Notes under the pieces: model-generated | Database searches by the model: none | Told to the model about the DNA's origin: nothing | The model's input: only the letters and a program-made list of their open reading frames with translations | Shown: positions 1 to 9,672 of the stretch, piece by piece | Layout: every line of letters starts with the position of its first letter | How positions within the stretch are numbered: the stretch's first letter is position 1 | Translations under genes and position numbers: made by a program | From: Gammaproteobacteria bacterium | GTDB lineage: Bacteria > Pseudomonadota > Gammaproteobacteria > Eutrophobiales > Eutrophobiaceae | Assembly (NCBI GenBank): GCA_016193395.1 | Contig: JACPSH010000015.1 | Coordinates: 102,483-166,482 of the forward strand | DNA length: 64,000 nt | Direction: 5' to 3'

Positions 1-849
1 GAACTCGTCGCGCATCTCGCCCTGGAACGCCTGGAGGAAGACCTGTTCCGCGGACCGAGCCGCGATCTCGGCACGAACCAGGTATTCGGAGGACAGGTAC
101 TGGGGCAGGCGCTGCGGGCGGCGCAGTACACCGTTGGGGATCGACGCATCCACTCGCTGCACGCCTATTTCCTGCGCCGCGGCGATTACAATGCCCCGAT
201 CGTCTATGAAGTCGACCGCAGCCGCGACGGGCGGAGTTTCTCCGCGCGGCGCGTGGTCGCCATCCAGCACGGCCAGCCCATCTTCACGCTCGCCGCTTCG
301 TTCCAGCGGTCGGAGGCCGGCCTCGAATTTCAGCCCCGCATGCCTGAAGTCCCCGCGCCGGAGAGTCTCCCGGGAATACGCGAGTACGAACCCGAAGAGA
401 CGGACAGGCTGCCGGAGAAGGTCCGGCGCCTGATGCGACTTTCAGCGCCCTTCGATCTGCGGCCCGTGGACACCGGGCAGCAGCGCCATGCCCGGGACGT
501 CGTGGCATGCCGCCGGTTCTGGATGAAGACCGTCGACCGGCTCCCCGACGATGACGACCTGCACCGGGCAATTCTCGCCTACGTATCGGACTACGGACTG
601 CTGACCACCGCGCTGCAGCCTCACGGCCTGCGTCATCTCGACGCTTCACTGCAAATGGCGAGCATCGATCACGCGATGTGGTTCCACCGTCCGTTCCGGA
701 TGGACGCATGGCTGTTGTGCGAATACGAGGCGATATCCACCTCGAACGCGCGCGGCCTCGCGCGCGGGAACCTCTATGCGCAGGACGGCACCCTGATCGC
801 CACGACGATGCAGGAAGGATTGATCAGGATTAGAGACGGCGGAAGGTAG
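1..849 (+). CDS. tesB: Acyl-CoA thioesterase II, 5'-truncated by window edge
   Basis: Frame-1 translation from nt 1 (ELVAHLALERLEEDLFRGPSR...HAYFLRRGD...) is continuous with ORF 253..849; TesB-like double hot-dog C-terminal half; stop TAG at 847-849. Confidence 0.8.
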   Translation, partial: ELVAHLALERLEEDLFRGPSRDLGTNQVFGGQVLGQALRAAQYTVGDRRIHSLHAYFLRRGDYNAPIVYEVDRSRDGRSFSARRVVAIQHGQPIFTLAASFQRSEAGLEFQPRMPEVPAPESLPGIREYEPEETDRLPEKVRRLMRLSAPFDLRPVDTGQQRHARDVVACRRFWMKTVDRLPDDDDLHRAILAYVSDYGLLTTALQPHGLRHLDASLQMASIDHAMWFHRPFRMDAWLLCEYEAISTSNARGLARGNLYAQDGTLIATTMQEGLIRIRDGGR

Positions 850-883
850 AATATGGACTATGAAATATTCTGCCTTCCTCCTC

Positions 884-2527
884 TCACATATTCGGATAAT
901 TCGGCCCTCCGCCGCCCTCGGGCGGCACCCAGCTGATGTTCTGCGCGGGATCCTTGATATCGCAGGTCTTGCAGTGGACGCAGTTCTGCGCATTGATCTG
1001 CAACCGGGGACCACCCGCCTCCTGCACGATTTCGTAGACGCCGGCGGGGCAGTAGCGCTGCTCCGGGGCGGCGTAGCGCGCGAGATTGAGCGAAATCGCC
1101 AATGCCGGATCCGTCAACCTGAGATGACAGGGCTGGTCCTCATCGTGATGGGTGTTCGAAATGAATACCGAAGACATCCTGTCGAAGCTCAGTTCGCCAT
1201 CCGGCTTCGGATAGTCAATCGGCCGGCAGTCAGCGGCCGGCCGCAACGTGGCGTGGTCGGGGATCGCGTCGTGCAGGGTCAGGGGGAGCCGACCGCGGAA
1301 CAGCGCCTGATCCACGAAGTTGAACGCAGCCCCGCCAATCAGCCCGAGCCGGTGCAGGGCCGGCCCGAAATTGCGGGCCTGGTGCAGTTCGTTGTACACC
1401 CAGGATGAGCGGAACCGGGATTCGAAATCGCGCGCTTCGATTCCACCGCCGCCGTCCAGCTCCGCGAAGACCGCTTCCGCAGCCAGCATGCCACTCTTCA
1501 TTGCCGTGTGCACGCCCTTGATACTGGCAAAATTGAGCGTTCCGGCATCGCATCCCGCGAGCAATGCTCCGGGCATGGACATGCGCGGCAATGAATTCAG
1601 CCCTCCCTTGGTGATGGCCCGCGCCCCATACGCCACCCGGCGTCCGTGCTTCAGCGTGTCGCGGATCACGGGGTGATGCTTGAACCGCTGGAATTCCGCG
1701 AACGGATCGAAGAACGGATTGGAATAGTTCAGGTCCGCGATCAGTCCTGCCGCGACCTGCCGCCGTTCCAGATGATAGAGAAAAAATCCGCCGGAGGCCC
1801 CGGGGGCCAATGGCCATCCCGCGCCATGCACCACCAGGCCCGGCTCATGCCGGTCGGCCGCGACTTCCCAGATCTCCTTAATCCCGATCCCGTAGTGCTG
1901 CGGGTCGCACTGGTCGGCGAGACGGAATCGACGGATCACTTCCTTGCCCAGATGGCCGCGGCACCCTTCGGCGAAAATCGTGAAGCGGGACCGCAACTCC
2001 ATCCCCGGCGCGTAGGAATCCTTGCGTTCCCCCCGCGCCGATACTCCAACATCCCCGGTCGATACCCCCGCGACCGCGTCTTCGTCGGTATACAGGATCC
2101 CGGTGGCTGCAAAGCCGGGATATATTTCCACGCCCAGGGCCTCCGCCTGCGCCGCAAGCCAGCGGCAGACGTTGCCCAGGCTGACAATATAGTTGCCGTC
2201 GTTGTGCATGCAGGGCGGCACCAGGCATCGGGGAACGCGCAGGGAGGAACCGGGTCCAGTCAGGAAGTAAAACCGGTCGCCGGTGACCGGCGTCTCCAGT
2301 GGGGCACCTCGCTCGCGCCAGTCCGGAACCAGTTCCTGCAGCGCGCGAATGTCCATCACGGCGCCGGAGAGAATGTGCGCGCCGATTTCCGAGCCTTTTT
2401 CAAGGACGCACACCCCGATTGGACGGGAGCCCCGCGCGGCAAGTTGTCTCAGACGGATCGCGGCGGCCAGACCGGCCGGGCCGCCGCCAACCACGACGAC
2501 ATCGGTATCAATGGAGTCGCGCGACAT
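884..2527 (-). CDS. Electron-transfer flavoprotein:ubiquinone oxidoreductase (ETF-QO)
   Basis: 547 aa; N-terminal FAD dinucleotide fold [14 protein letters not shown]; C-terminal 4Fe-4S motif CVHCKTCDIKDP; full-length ETF-QO architecture. Confidence 0.9.
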   Translation of the reverse strand: MSRDSIDTDVVVVGGGPAGLAAAIRLRQLAARGSRPIGVCVLEKGSEIGAHILSGAVMDIRALQELVPDWRERGAPLETPVTGDRFYFLTGPGSSLRVPRCLVPPCMHNDGNYIVSLGNVCRWLAAQAEALGVEIYPGFAATGILYTDEDAVAGVSTGDVGVSARGERKDSYAPGMELRSRFTIFAEGCRGHLGKEVIRRFRLADQCDPQHYGIGIKEIWEVAADRHEPGLVVHGAGWPLAPGASGGFFLYHLERRQVAAGLIADLNYSNPFFDPFAEFQRFKHHPVIRDTLKHGRRVAYGARAITKGGLNSLPRMSMPGALLAGCDAGTLNFASIKGVHTAMKSGMLAAEAVFAELDGGGGIEARDFESRFRSSWVYNELHQARNFGPALHRLGLIGGAAFNFVDQALFRGRLPLTLHDAIPDHATLRPAADCRPIDYPKPDGELSFDRMSSVFISNTHHDEDQPCHLRLTDPALAISLNLARYAAPEQRYCPAGVYEIVQEAGGPRLQINAQNCVHCKTCDIKDPAQNISWVPPEGGGGPNYPNM

Positions 2528-2605
2528 CGGAGCAGTACATCACCGGGCGAAGTCCGCGGATGCGGGTTTTACGGGAAGGCGCTGGAAACCCGGCGCCCGC
2601 GGGTG

Positions 2606-3865
2606 TCAATTCTGCTGCTTGCTGTAAATCGTCCAGAGCCGCGCCAGATCGCTCAGGGCAGGGTCCGCGGTCACCGTCTTGAAGGCCGATCGGGCATCCT
2701 CATCCTTGCCCGCGCCCAGCAGGGCGAGCCCGAGGTGCAGTTGCGCCGCTTCGGCATTCTTCACGCCGGACTTGCCCAGGCCGCGCTGCAACGCGCTGAT
2801 CGCCGGATCATACTGGCCGTAGGTCAGATAAGCCTCTCCGAGCTTTGCATCGGCCTCGCCGGACGCCGCAGCCGCGGCTTCCTTCTCGAGCTGCGAAAGC
2901 GACTTTGAATCGCCGTCAGCTTGGTTCTTCGCCATATCGAGCAGGCGCTGCTGGCGATCTTTCTGCTCACCGCCGAGCTTGTTGGCCGCAAATCCCTTCT
3001 CCAGTACCGACTTCGCTTCGCCCGGCAAGCCGAGATGCAGCGCAAGTTCCGCCATCTCGACATATTCTTCCGCGCTTTCCAGCACGTCCGTAGCGAGCAT
3101 GAGCCGGTAGATCTCGAGGCTCTGCTGTTCGCTCAGGTTCGAGCGGTCCATCACCATTTCCAGCCGATTGCGCCAGTACTTGACGGATGGGAATCGCTGA
3201 ACGAGCATTTCCAGGTCCTTGGCTACGCCGTCGCTGTCCTTCAACTCGTAATCGCAGCTCATCAACAACTGCAGGTACTCCTCCTTGACCTCCTTGCCCG
3301 CGGCATCGCTAGCCTGAATCAGTGCGCGCACGTTGTCACGTGCGTTCTTGAAATCCTTCTGCAGGTAGTATGCCTGCCCGACCAGCAACAGCATGTCGGT
3401 GTTGCCCGGGGAGGCCTGCAGGTACTTTCGGCCGTACTCCGCCGCCTTGGCGTAGTTCTTCGACTGATAGTTGATCTGCGCCAGCTGTTTGTGGTGTGTA
3501 GTCACTTCTTCGGCTGTCAGAAAACCGGAGGCAATGCTGGCTTCCATCGCCTTGGCGGCGCTCCCGTAATCGGCGAGGTTCAACGAGATGTAGACGAGGA
3601 ACTGGTCTATCTTGAACTGTTCCCATGCAGTTTTACCCGAAATCGCGTTCGCCTCGTTGACCTTGGCGAGGGCCTCCTTCCACTTCTTCTGCTGCGTGAG
3701 TTCCTGGGCGGCCTGCAAAGGTTTGCCGACCTTGACGCCGATCTTTTGTTCCTTTTCCGCGGCCTGCACCGGAACCGGGACCGCCGAAAAGCAAATTACG
3801 CCCGCAGCGAACGCCAGGATTGCCGCCAGGGCGAAAATTCCAAAATGAGGTTTCCTTGTTTCCAT
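2606..3865 (-). CDS. Periplasmic tetratricopeptide-repeat protein, last gene of tonB-exbBD operon
   Basis: 419 aa; N-terminal signal peptide; repeated TPR-like AxxxY/LG motifs; starts 11 nt after exbD stop. Confidence 0.7.
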   Translation of the reverse strand: METRKPHFGIFALAAILAFAAGVICFSAVPVPVQAAEKEQKIGVKVGKPLQAAQELTQQKKWKEALAKVNEANAISGKTAWEQFKIDQFLVYISLNLADYGSAAKAMEASIASGFLTAEEVTTHHKQLAQINYQSKNYAKAAEYGRKYLQASPGNTDMLLLVGQAYYLQKDFKNARDNVRALIQASDAAGKEVKEEYLQLLMSCDYELKDSDGVAKDLEMLVQRFPSVKYWRNRLEMVMDRSNLSEQQSLEIYRLMLATDVLESAEEYVEMAELALHLGLPGEAKSVLEKGFAANKLGGEQKDRQQRLLDMAKNQADGDSKSLSQLEKEAAAAASGEADAKLGEAYLTYGQYDPAISALQRGLGKSGVKNAEAAQLHLGLALLGAGKDEDARSAFKTVTADPALSDLARLWTIYSKQQN

Positions 3866-3876
3866 GCTCGCTTAGA

Positions 3877-4305
3877 TTACTCCAGATATTGTTCGTTCCC
3901 GATGAAGCCGATGCGCTTGACCCCCAGTCGCTGCGCCGCAGCAAGCACGCCGGCAACGTGATCATACTTCGCAAGCCGGTGCGGCCGCAGGTGAAACTCC
4001 GGTTGTGGGTCCTTGCGCGCTTCGCGCAGCAGGTACGAGTTCAACGCGTGCTTGCTGGAAACGACGTTGCCGTTCCAGATGATCGTCCCGTCAAAGTCGA
4101 TCTCCAGATTGACGACGATGGGCTCCACCAGCGGCGGAGGAAGGTTGCTGCGGGGCATGTCCAGCTTCACCGCGTGAGTCTGAACCGGGATAGTGATGAT
4201 GAGCATGACCAGCAGCACCAGCATGACGTCGATCAACGGCGTCGTGTTGATGTCGATCATGACCTCGGGTTCATCGCCCCGGCCTGTGCCGACTTGCATT
4301 GCCAT
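3877..4305 (-). CDS. exbD: Biopolymer transport protein ExbD/TolR (paralog 2)
   Basis: 142 aa; single N-terminal TM (TPLIDVMLVLLVMLIITIP); ExbD family. Confidence 0.85.
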   Translation of the reverse strand: MAMQVGTGRGDEPEVMIDINTTPLIDVMLVLLVMLIITIPVQTHAVKLDMPRSNLPPPLVEPIVVNLEIDFDGTIIWNGNVVSSKHALNSYLLREARKDPQPEFHLRPHRLAKYDHVAGVLAAAQRLGVKRIGFIGNEQYLE

Positions 4306-4344
4306 GGATTCTTGACGCTCTCCGATTGTTGATCCGCGCGCGGT

Positions 4345-4776
4345 TCAGCGCCCGCGGAATTCCGGCTCCGTGATAAACCCGACCTTGGCGATGCCGCCTC
4401 GCTGCGCGGTCACAATGACGCGCCCGACGTTCTCGAATCGCGTCTCGCGATCCGCGCGCACGTGGACTTCGGGCTGGGGCTTGAGCACAGCAATTTCCTT
4501 CACCTTTTCCAGCAGCGCCTGGTTGGTCGGGACGATGCGCTGATTCCAGTAGATGTTGCCTTCCCTGTCCACGGCAATGGAAATGTTCTCCGGCTTGGTA
4601 ATCGTGGCCTGGTTCGTAGCCCTCGGAAGCTGAACCGGCACCGACTGAATGACGACCGGGATCGTAATGAGGAAGATAATGAGCAGCACCAGCATCACGT
4701 CCACGAGGGGCGTGGTGTTGATGCTCGCCATGACCTCGGGTTCTTCTTCCTGCCCGGCGCCGATACTCATCGCCAT
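4345..4776 (-). CDS. exbD: Biopolymer transport protein ExbD/TolR (paralog 1)
   Basis: 143 aa; paralog of downstream ExbD (TPLVDVMLVLLIIFLITIP). Confidence 0.85.
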   Translation of the reverse strand: MAMSIGAGQEEEPEVMASINTTPLVDVMLVLLIIFLITIPVVIQSVPVQLPRATNQATITKPENISIAVDREGNIYWNQRIVPTNQALLEKVKEIAVLKPQPEVHVRADRETRFENVGRVIVTAQRGGIAKVGFITEPEFRGR

Positions 4777-4777
4777 T

Positions 4778-5860
4778 TCAGCGCACCCTCGCCGCCGCTT
4801 GAGCCGTCACCGCGCCTCCGCTCACGCGGGCGCCGCTCAGCAGAACCTGATGGATATCCGCCGCAAAATTGCGGAGCCGCTCGCTCGCCACCTTGTTCCG
4901 GCGCACGAGCCAGTTGTAGAACAGCACCGCGGGCACCGCTACCGCCAAACCCACTGCAGTCATGATCAGCGCCTCGCCGACCGGGCCCGCGACCTTATCG
5001 ATGCTGGCCTGGCCCGCGACGCCGATGGCGATCAGGGCGTGATAGATTCCCCACACCGTGCCGAACAGTCCGACGAAGGGAGCCGTGGAACCGACCGTGG
5101 CAAGGAACGCCAGTCCAGTCTGCAGCTTGCTGTTCACGGTATCCACTGAACGCTGCAGCGACATGGTCACCCATTCGTGCAGATCGATCTGATCCGTCAG
5201 CTTGCCGTCGTGGTGCTTGGTCGACTGCAGGCCGTCTTCAACCAGCATCCTGAACACATTGTTCTTCTTCAGCTCCTTGGCGCCCTCCTGGAGACTCGAC
5301 GAGGTCCAGAACTTGGCGCCGGCCGCCTTGGCCTGGTTGAAGACCATCTGCTGATAGAGAAGCTTGATGAATGCGATGTACCACGTGAAGACGGACATGA
5401 TGAGGAGGATGATCAGCGTAAACCTCGATACGAAGTCGCCCTGTTTCCAGAGCGCGCCGAGTCCATAGGGATTTTCGACTACAGCGGTCTCCGGCGCCGG
5501 CTCATCGGCAGCGCCGGCATCGACGGGCTCGTTCATGCTTTCGGGCGGCATCGAGCCGGTCGCGGCTTCGCCCATGCCCTCGGTTCCGGTGCCCATCGCG
5601 CCCGTCATTCCGGTATCGGTGGGCATGGCGCCTTCCGCGCCGGCGGCCATGGGATCCGTCGGGACCGCGCCCGTCGGTGTCTCGCCCGGCACGGCGCCTG
5701 GAGCGGCGGGCGCAGGGGCTGCTGCGGCAGGTGCCGTTCCGGGTGCCGCAGGCGCGGCGGGTGTCTGTGCGGACACCGCGTTCGCGCAAAACAAAACTGC
5801 AATCGCCACCGCCGTCAGCGGCGCGCGGCGCAGTTTCAATGCCATCATCTGCGTAGTCAT
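4778..5860 (-). CDS. exbB: ExbB/MotA/TolQ proton channel with long Ala/Pro/Gly/Thr-rich N-terminal periplasmic extension
   Basis: 360 aa; signal peptide followed by ~120 aa low-complexity region; C-terminal MotA/TolQ/ExbB TM core (GLFGTVWGIYHAL...GPVGEALIMT). Confidence 0.85.
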   Translation of the reverse strand: MTTQMMALKLRRAPLTAVAIAVLFCANAVSAQTPAAPAAPGTAPAAAAPAPAAPGAVPGETPTGAVPTDPMAAGAEGAMPTDTGMTGAMGTGTEGMGEAATGSMPPESMNEPVDAGAADEPAPETAVVENPYGLGALWKQGDFVSRFTLIILLIMSVFTWYIAFIKLLYQQMVFNQAKAAGAKFWTSSSLQEGAKELKKNNVFRMLVEDGLQSTKHHDGKLTDQIDLHEWVTMSLQRSVDTVNSKLQTGLAFLATVGSTAPFVGLFGTVWGIYHALIAIGVAGQASIDKVAGPVGEALIMTAVGLAVAVPAVLFYNWLVRRNKVASERLRNFAADIHQVLLSGARVSGGAVTAQAAARVR

Positions 5861-5922
5861 GAACTATACCTCTCCAGTTGAATTTAGCCCGTCTGCGCGA
5901 CGGCCGGATAAACGGATTGCAC

Positions 5923-6579
5923 TCAGTCCCCGTCCTCTGTCAGCCTGAATGTCACCTTGACCTGATGCCAGGCGGCGACGTTCTTGCCTTCCAGCGTCGC
6001 GGGGATGAATCGCCACCGGCGCAATGCTTCACGCACGGCAGCTTCGTCCAGCTTCGGGAAACCGCTGGGCTCGTGAACCTTGGCCTCCTTCACCTTGCCA
6101 TCCTCAGCGACATACAGCGCCAGGATTACCGATCCTTCCTCGCCCAGGCGGCGCGAAGTAGGCGGATAATCCGGACGGGAATTCGGCCGCTTCGGATCGG
6201 CCCGGGGCGGGGTCGGGCCCGGCTTGGCCACGGGCGCCGGCGGCGGGGCCGGCGGTCTCACCTGTGTCGTCACCTGCGTGATGGCCGTGCTTGTCGAAGA
6301 CTCCACCGGAATATCGATGGCGATCTCGGGTGGCGGCACGAATGGCGGCGGCGGTTGTTCGAATTTCGGCGGCGGCGGCGGGGGTTCCTCTTCCTTCTGT
6401 TCCTCCAGCTCCTCGATGACGCTGGCTTCGATAGGTCCCTTCAGGATTTCGACGACAGATTTGCTCAGGCCGGCACTCAATACATATATTACGCCTATGT
6501 GCAGCACGATAACGAAACCGATGCCGGCAACGCGCTGCATGGGATTTTCCTGGGGCAACGGCATGGCTTTCAGGGACAT
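5923..6579 (-). CDS. tonB: Energy transducer TonB
   Basis: 218 aa; N-terminal TM; Pro-rich spacer (EEPPPPPPKFEQPPPPFVPPPE); TonB C-terminal domain. Confidence 0.85.
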   Translation of the reverse strand: MSLKAMPLPQENPMQRVAGIGFVIVLHIGVIYVLSAGLSKSVVEILKGPIEASVIEELEEQKEEEPPPPPPKFEQPPPPFVPPPEIAIDIPVESSTSTAITQVTTQVRPPAPPPAPVAKPGPTPPRADPKRPNSRPDYPPTSRRLGEEGSVILALYVAEDGKVKEAKVHEPSGFPKLDEAAVREALRRWRFIPATLEGKNVAAWHQVKVTFRLTEDGD

Positions 6580-7111
6580 ACGCCAACCGGCGACCTCCGT
6601 GCCGGGGCAAAAGAGCGGGCAGCCGGCATCGTCAAATGCGGCATTGCGTGATCCTCAAATTGTGGGTGCACTCCACAGCTGAAAATAAACATTGGCGATC
6701 GTCCGATGGTCCGTCTCCGCGGATCACACCGGCGGCTGGCTAGACATCCCCCGATCATTTACCGGCGCTCATCAAACAAAAGGCCTTAAACATCAAGGCC
6801 CAGCGCGCAAGGCGCCGATATTACCTTGACATCCCGGTGAGTGCAAACGGCCATCACACCCAGAGGGAGGGCCGCGCCGCCGGACCCGCCGGGCACCGTA
6901 ATTGTGCCGCTGCAAGCCGTGTCAGGCCCCTGCAGCAAAAAGGGGGACGCGCTTTTTTTCCACCCATTCGGCAAGCAGGGCGCCAGCGAAGCTGCTTGTT
7001 CACACCCGGTAGAAATTTTCACCGGTAACCCCCTGAAAACGGAATATATTCATCGCAGAACGCCAGTGGCAGACCCTGGGGCGCGGGGCGCAGCTTTTGC
7101 CTGCCGCGACT

Positions 7112-8176
7112 TCAGAGGTGGTAGGGGCGACTGAGTTCATGGACCGCGGCCACAAGCGTGGCGACACGTTCCGGATCCGTATCCGGGAGGACCCCATGAC
7201 CGAGGTTGAATACATGGCCACAGCCCTTTCCGTAGCTTTCCAGGAGGATGGTCGTTTCCTCGCGAATACTGCTCTCCGGGGCGAACAACACCGCGGGGTC
7301 GAGGTTGCCCTGCAACGCGACCATGCCCCCGGTCCGCCGGCGGGCATCGCCAAGATCCTGGGTCCAGTCGACCCCGATCGCATCGCAGCCGCAACGCGCG
7401 GTCTCTTCGATCCACGCTCCCCCCCCTCTGCTGAACACGATAGCCGGTATGCGCCGGCCATGGGCAGCGCGCGTCACCGTTTCCAGAATGCGGCGTATGT
7501 ACTCAAGTGAAAACTGCAGATAGGCGTTGCGGCTCAGGGCGCCGGCCCAGGAGTCGAAAATCATCACGGCGTCCACCCCCGCGTTGACCTGCGCGTTGAG
7601 GTATGCGCCGGAGGCGGCCGCGACGACCCCCAGCAAGTGATGGAGCAGCTCCGGGCGTTCGAAGAGCAGGCGCTTGATTTTCTGAAAATCCCTGCTCGAT
7701 CCGCCCTCCACCATGTACGTCGCCACGGTCCAGGGACTGCCGCAGAAACCAATGAGCGGCACCTCTCCCGAGAGCTCCCGTTGCGCCAGCCGGATTGCCT
7801 CCAACACGTATCCCAGGTCGCGCTCCGGATCCGGGATCCGCAGGCCGCGAATCTCTTTTTCGCTCCCGACCGGATCCGCAAAGCGCGGCCCGACCTGTTC
7901 TTCGATCGAAAGACCCAGGCCCATGGCATCGGGGATGACCAGGATGTCGCTGAACAGGATGGCGGCATCGAGCGGAAAACGGCGTACCGGTTGCAACGTG
8001 ACTTCGCAGGCAAGCGCCGGCGTTCGGCACAGCGTCAGGAAATCGCCGGCCCGCCTGCGCACGTCCCGGTATTCGGGCAGATAACGGCCGGCTTGACGCA
8101 TCAGCCAGATCGGGGTGACGTCGACCGGTTCGCGAAGAAGCGCGCGCAGCAGCGAATCGTTCTTGAGATGAGACAT
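7112..8176 (-). CDS. hemE: Uroporphyrinogen decarboxylase
   Basis: True start [14 protein letters not shown] is at Met68 of ORF 7112..8377; [15 protein letters not shown] signature; 354 aa. Confidence 0.9.
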   Translation of the reverse strand: MSHLKNDSLLRALLREPVDVTPIWLMRQAGRYLPEYRDVRRRAGDFLTLCRTPALACEVTLQPVRRFPLDAAILFSDILVIPDAMGLGLSIEEQVGPRFADPVGSEKEIRGLRIPDPERDLGYVLEAIRLAQRELSGEVPLIGFCGSPWTVATYMVEGGSSRDFQKIKRLLFERPELLHHLLGVVAAASGAYLNAQVNAGVDAVMIFDSWAGALSRNAYLQFSLEYIRRILETVTRAAHGRRIPAIVFSRGGGAWIEETARCGCDAIGVDWTQDLGDARRRTGGMVALQGNLDPAVLFAPESSIREETTILLESYGKGCGHVFNLGHGVLPDTDPERVATLVAAVHELSRPYHL

Positions 8177-8223
8177 AGAGACGTGTGGCCGGCCGCGGCC
8201 GAGGAGGCGCAGCCGGCCGGGAT

Positions 8224-9672
8224 TCAGTCGAGGGGGGCTGGCAAGTCCGATCCGCCCATCAGGTACCTGTCGATGCCACGGGCTGCCGAGCGGCCTTCCG
8301 CAATCGCCCAGACGATCAACGACTGGCCGCGTTGCATGTCGCCAGCGGTGAACACACCCGGCACGTTCGTCATCCACCGCTCATCGCGCCAGACGTTCCC
8401 GCGATCGGTGAAACGCACGCCCAGCTGATCCAGCATGCCCGGACGCTCGGGCCCCAGGAATCCCATTGCCAGCAGCGCGAGATCGCATGGCAGCGCGTGA
8501 ATACTGCCCGGGACTTCCTCGAAACTCACGCGCCCATCCACGCGCTTCATGCGCACTTCCGCCAGTTCCAGACCCGTCACATGGCCCGCCGCGTCCCCGA
8601 GAAAACGCTTGGTCGATACGGCGTACACACGCTCGCCGCCTTCCTCGTGCGCCGCGGAAACGCGGTAGATGTTGGGCCACTGTGGCCAGGGGTTCTCCGG
8701 CGCACGCTCATCCGGCGGTCGGGCCAGGATCTCGAGCTGATGCACGGAACGGGCCCGTTGCCTGTGGGTCGTGCCGAGGCAGTCCGCGCCCGTATCGCCG
8801 CCGCCGATGATGACGACGTGTTTGTCCTCGGCGCTGATGAACTGATGATCGGGCACGCTATCGCCCTCGCACCGGCGGTTCTGCAATGGCAGGTATTCCA
8901 TCGCAAAATGCACGCCCATGAACTCCCGCCCGGGCACGGGCAGGTCACGCGGCGCACAGGCGCCACCCGCGAGCAGCACCGCGTCGAAATCCCTGACCAG
9001 GTCCGTGGCCGACCAATCGACTCCAACGTGGCAGCCGGTACGGAACACGATGCCTTCCGCCGCGAGTTGCGCGAGGCGCTGGTCGAGCACGCGTTTCTCC
9101 ATCTTGAATTCGGGGATTCCATAACGCAGCAGCCCACCGATGCGGTCGGCGCGTTCGAGCACATGGACCTCATGCCCCGCCCTGCGCAATTGCTGAGCGG
9201 CTGCCAGCCCGGCCGGACCTGAACCGACGACCGCCACGCGTTTGCCGGTCAGCACGGCCGGCACCTCCGGTTTGACCCAGCCGCTTGCGAAGGCATGGTC
9301 GATGATGGTCAGCTCCACGGCTTTAATAGTGACAGGGGAATCATTGATACCGAGCACGCACGAACCTTCGCACGGCGCGGGGCACAGCGTGCCCGTGAAT
9401 TCGGGGAAATTGTTGGTTGCGTGCAGCCGCGCGATGGCGTCCTGCCAGTCGTCCCGATAGACCAGATCGTTCCAGTCCGGAATGAGGTTGCCCAGCGGGC
9501 AGCCCTCGTGACAGAAGGGGATGCCGCAGTCCATGCAGCGGGACGCCTGCTGCTTCAGAACGTCATCGGGCCACGGCGCCATGACCTGGCGCCAGTCCAG
9601 CAACCGCTCCGGAACCGCACGGTAGGGCTGCTTGCCGCGCTTGAATTCGATGAACCCGGTGGCCTTACCCAT
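8224..9672 (-). CDS. gltD: Glutamate synthase (NADPH) small subunit
   Basis: 482 aa; N-terminal Cys cluster plus two dinucleotide folds ([27 protein letters not shown]); overlaps gltB stop by 8 nt. Confidence 0.95.
   Translation of the reverse strand: MGKATGFIEFKRGKQPYRAVPERLLDWRQVMAPWPDDVLKQQASRCMDCGIPFCHEGCPLGNLIPDWNDLVYRDDWQDAIARLHATNNFPEFTGTLCPAPCEGSCVLGINDSPVTIKAVELTIIDHAFASGWVKPEVPAVLTGKRVAVVGSGPAGLAAAQQLRRAGHEVHVLERADRIGGLLRYGIPEFKMEKRVLDQRLAQLAAEGIVFRTGCHVGVDWSATDLVRDFDAVLLAGGACAPRDLPVPGREFMGVHFAMEYLPLQNRRCEGDSVPDHQFISAEDKHVVIIGGGDTGADCLGTTHRQRARSVHQLEILARPPDERAPENPWPQWPNIYRVSAAHEEGGERVYAVSTKRFLGDAAGHVTGLELAEVRMKRVDGRVSFEEVPGSIHALPCDLALLAMGFLGPERPGMLDQLGVRFTDRGNVWRDERWMTNVPGVFTAGDMQRGQSLIVWAIAEGRSAARGIDRYLMGGSDLPAPLD

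Noticed and set aside
1646-2908. Long antisense or overlapping ORFs within confidently assigned genes (e.g. 1646..2908+, 10523..11218+, 11990..13555+, 16957..18405+, 18699..20648-, 20831..21853-, 22861..24306-, 24270..25568-)
   Set aside because: Typical high-GC spurious ORFs: low-complexity Arg/Ala/Gly-rich translations, no family resemblance, fully embedded in genes with strong homology on the other strand.
6841-7134. ORF 6841..7134 (97 aa) and neighbours in the tonB-hemE spacer
   Set aside because: Low-complexity, overlapping the hemE stop, no start context or homology; treated as non-coding.
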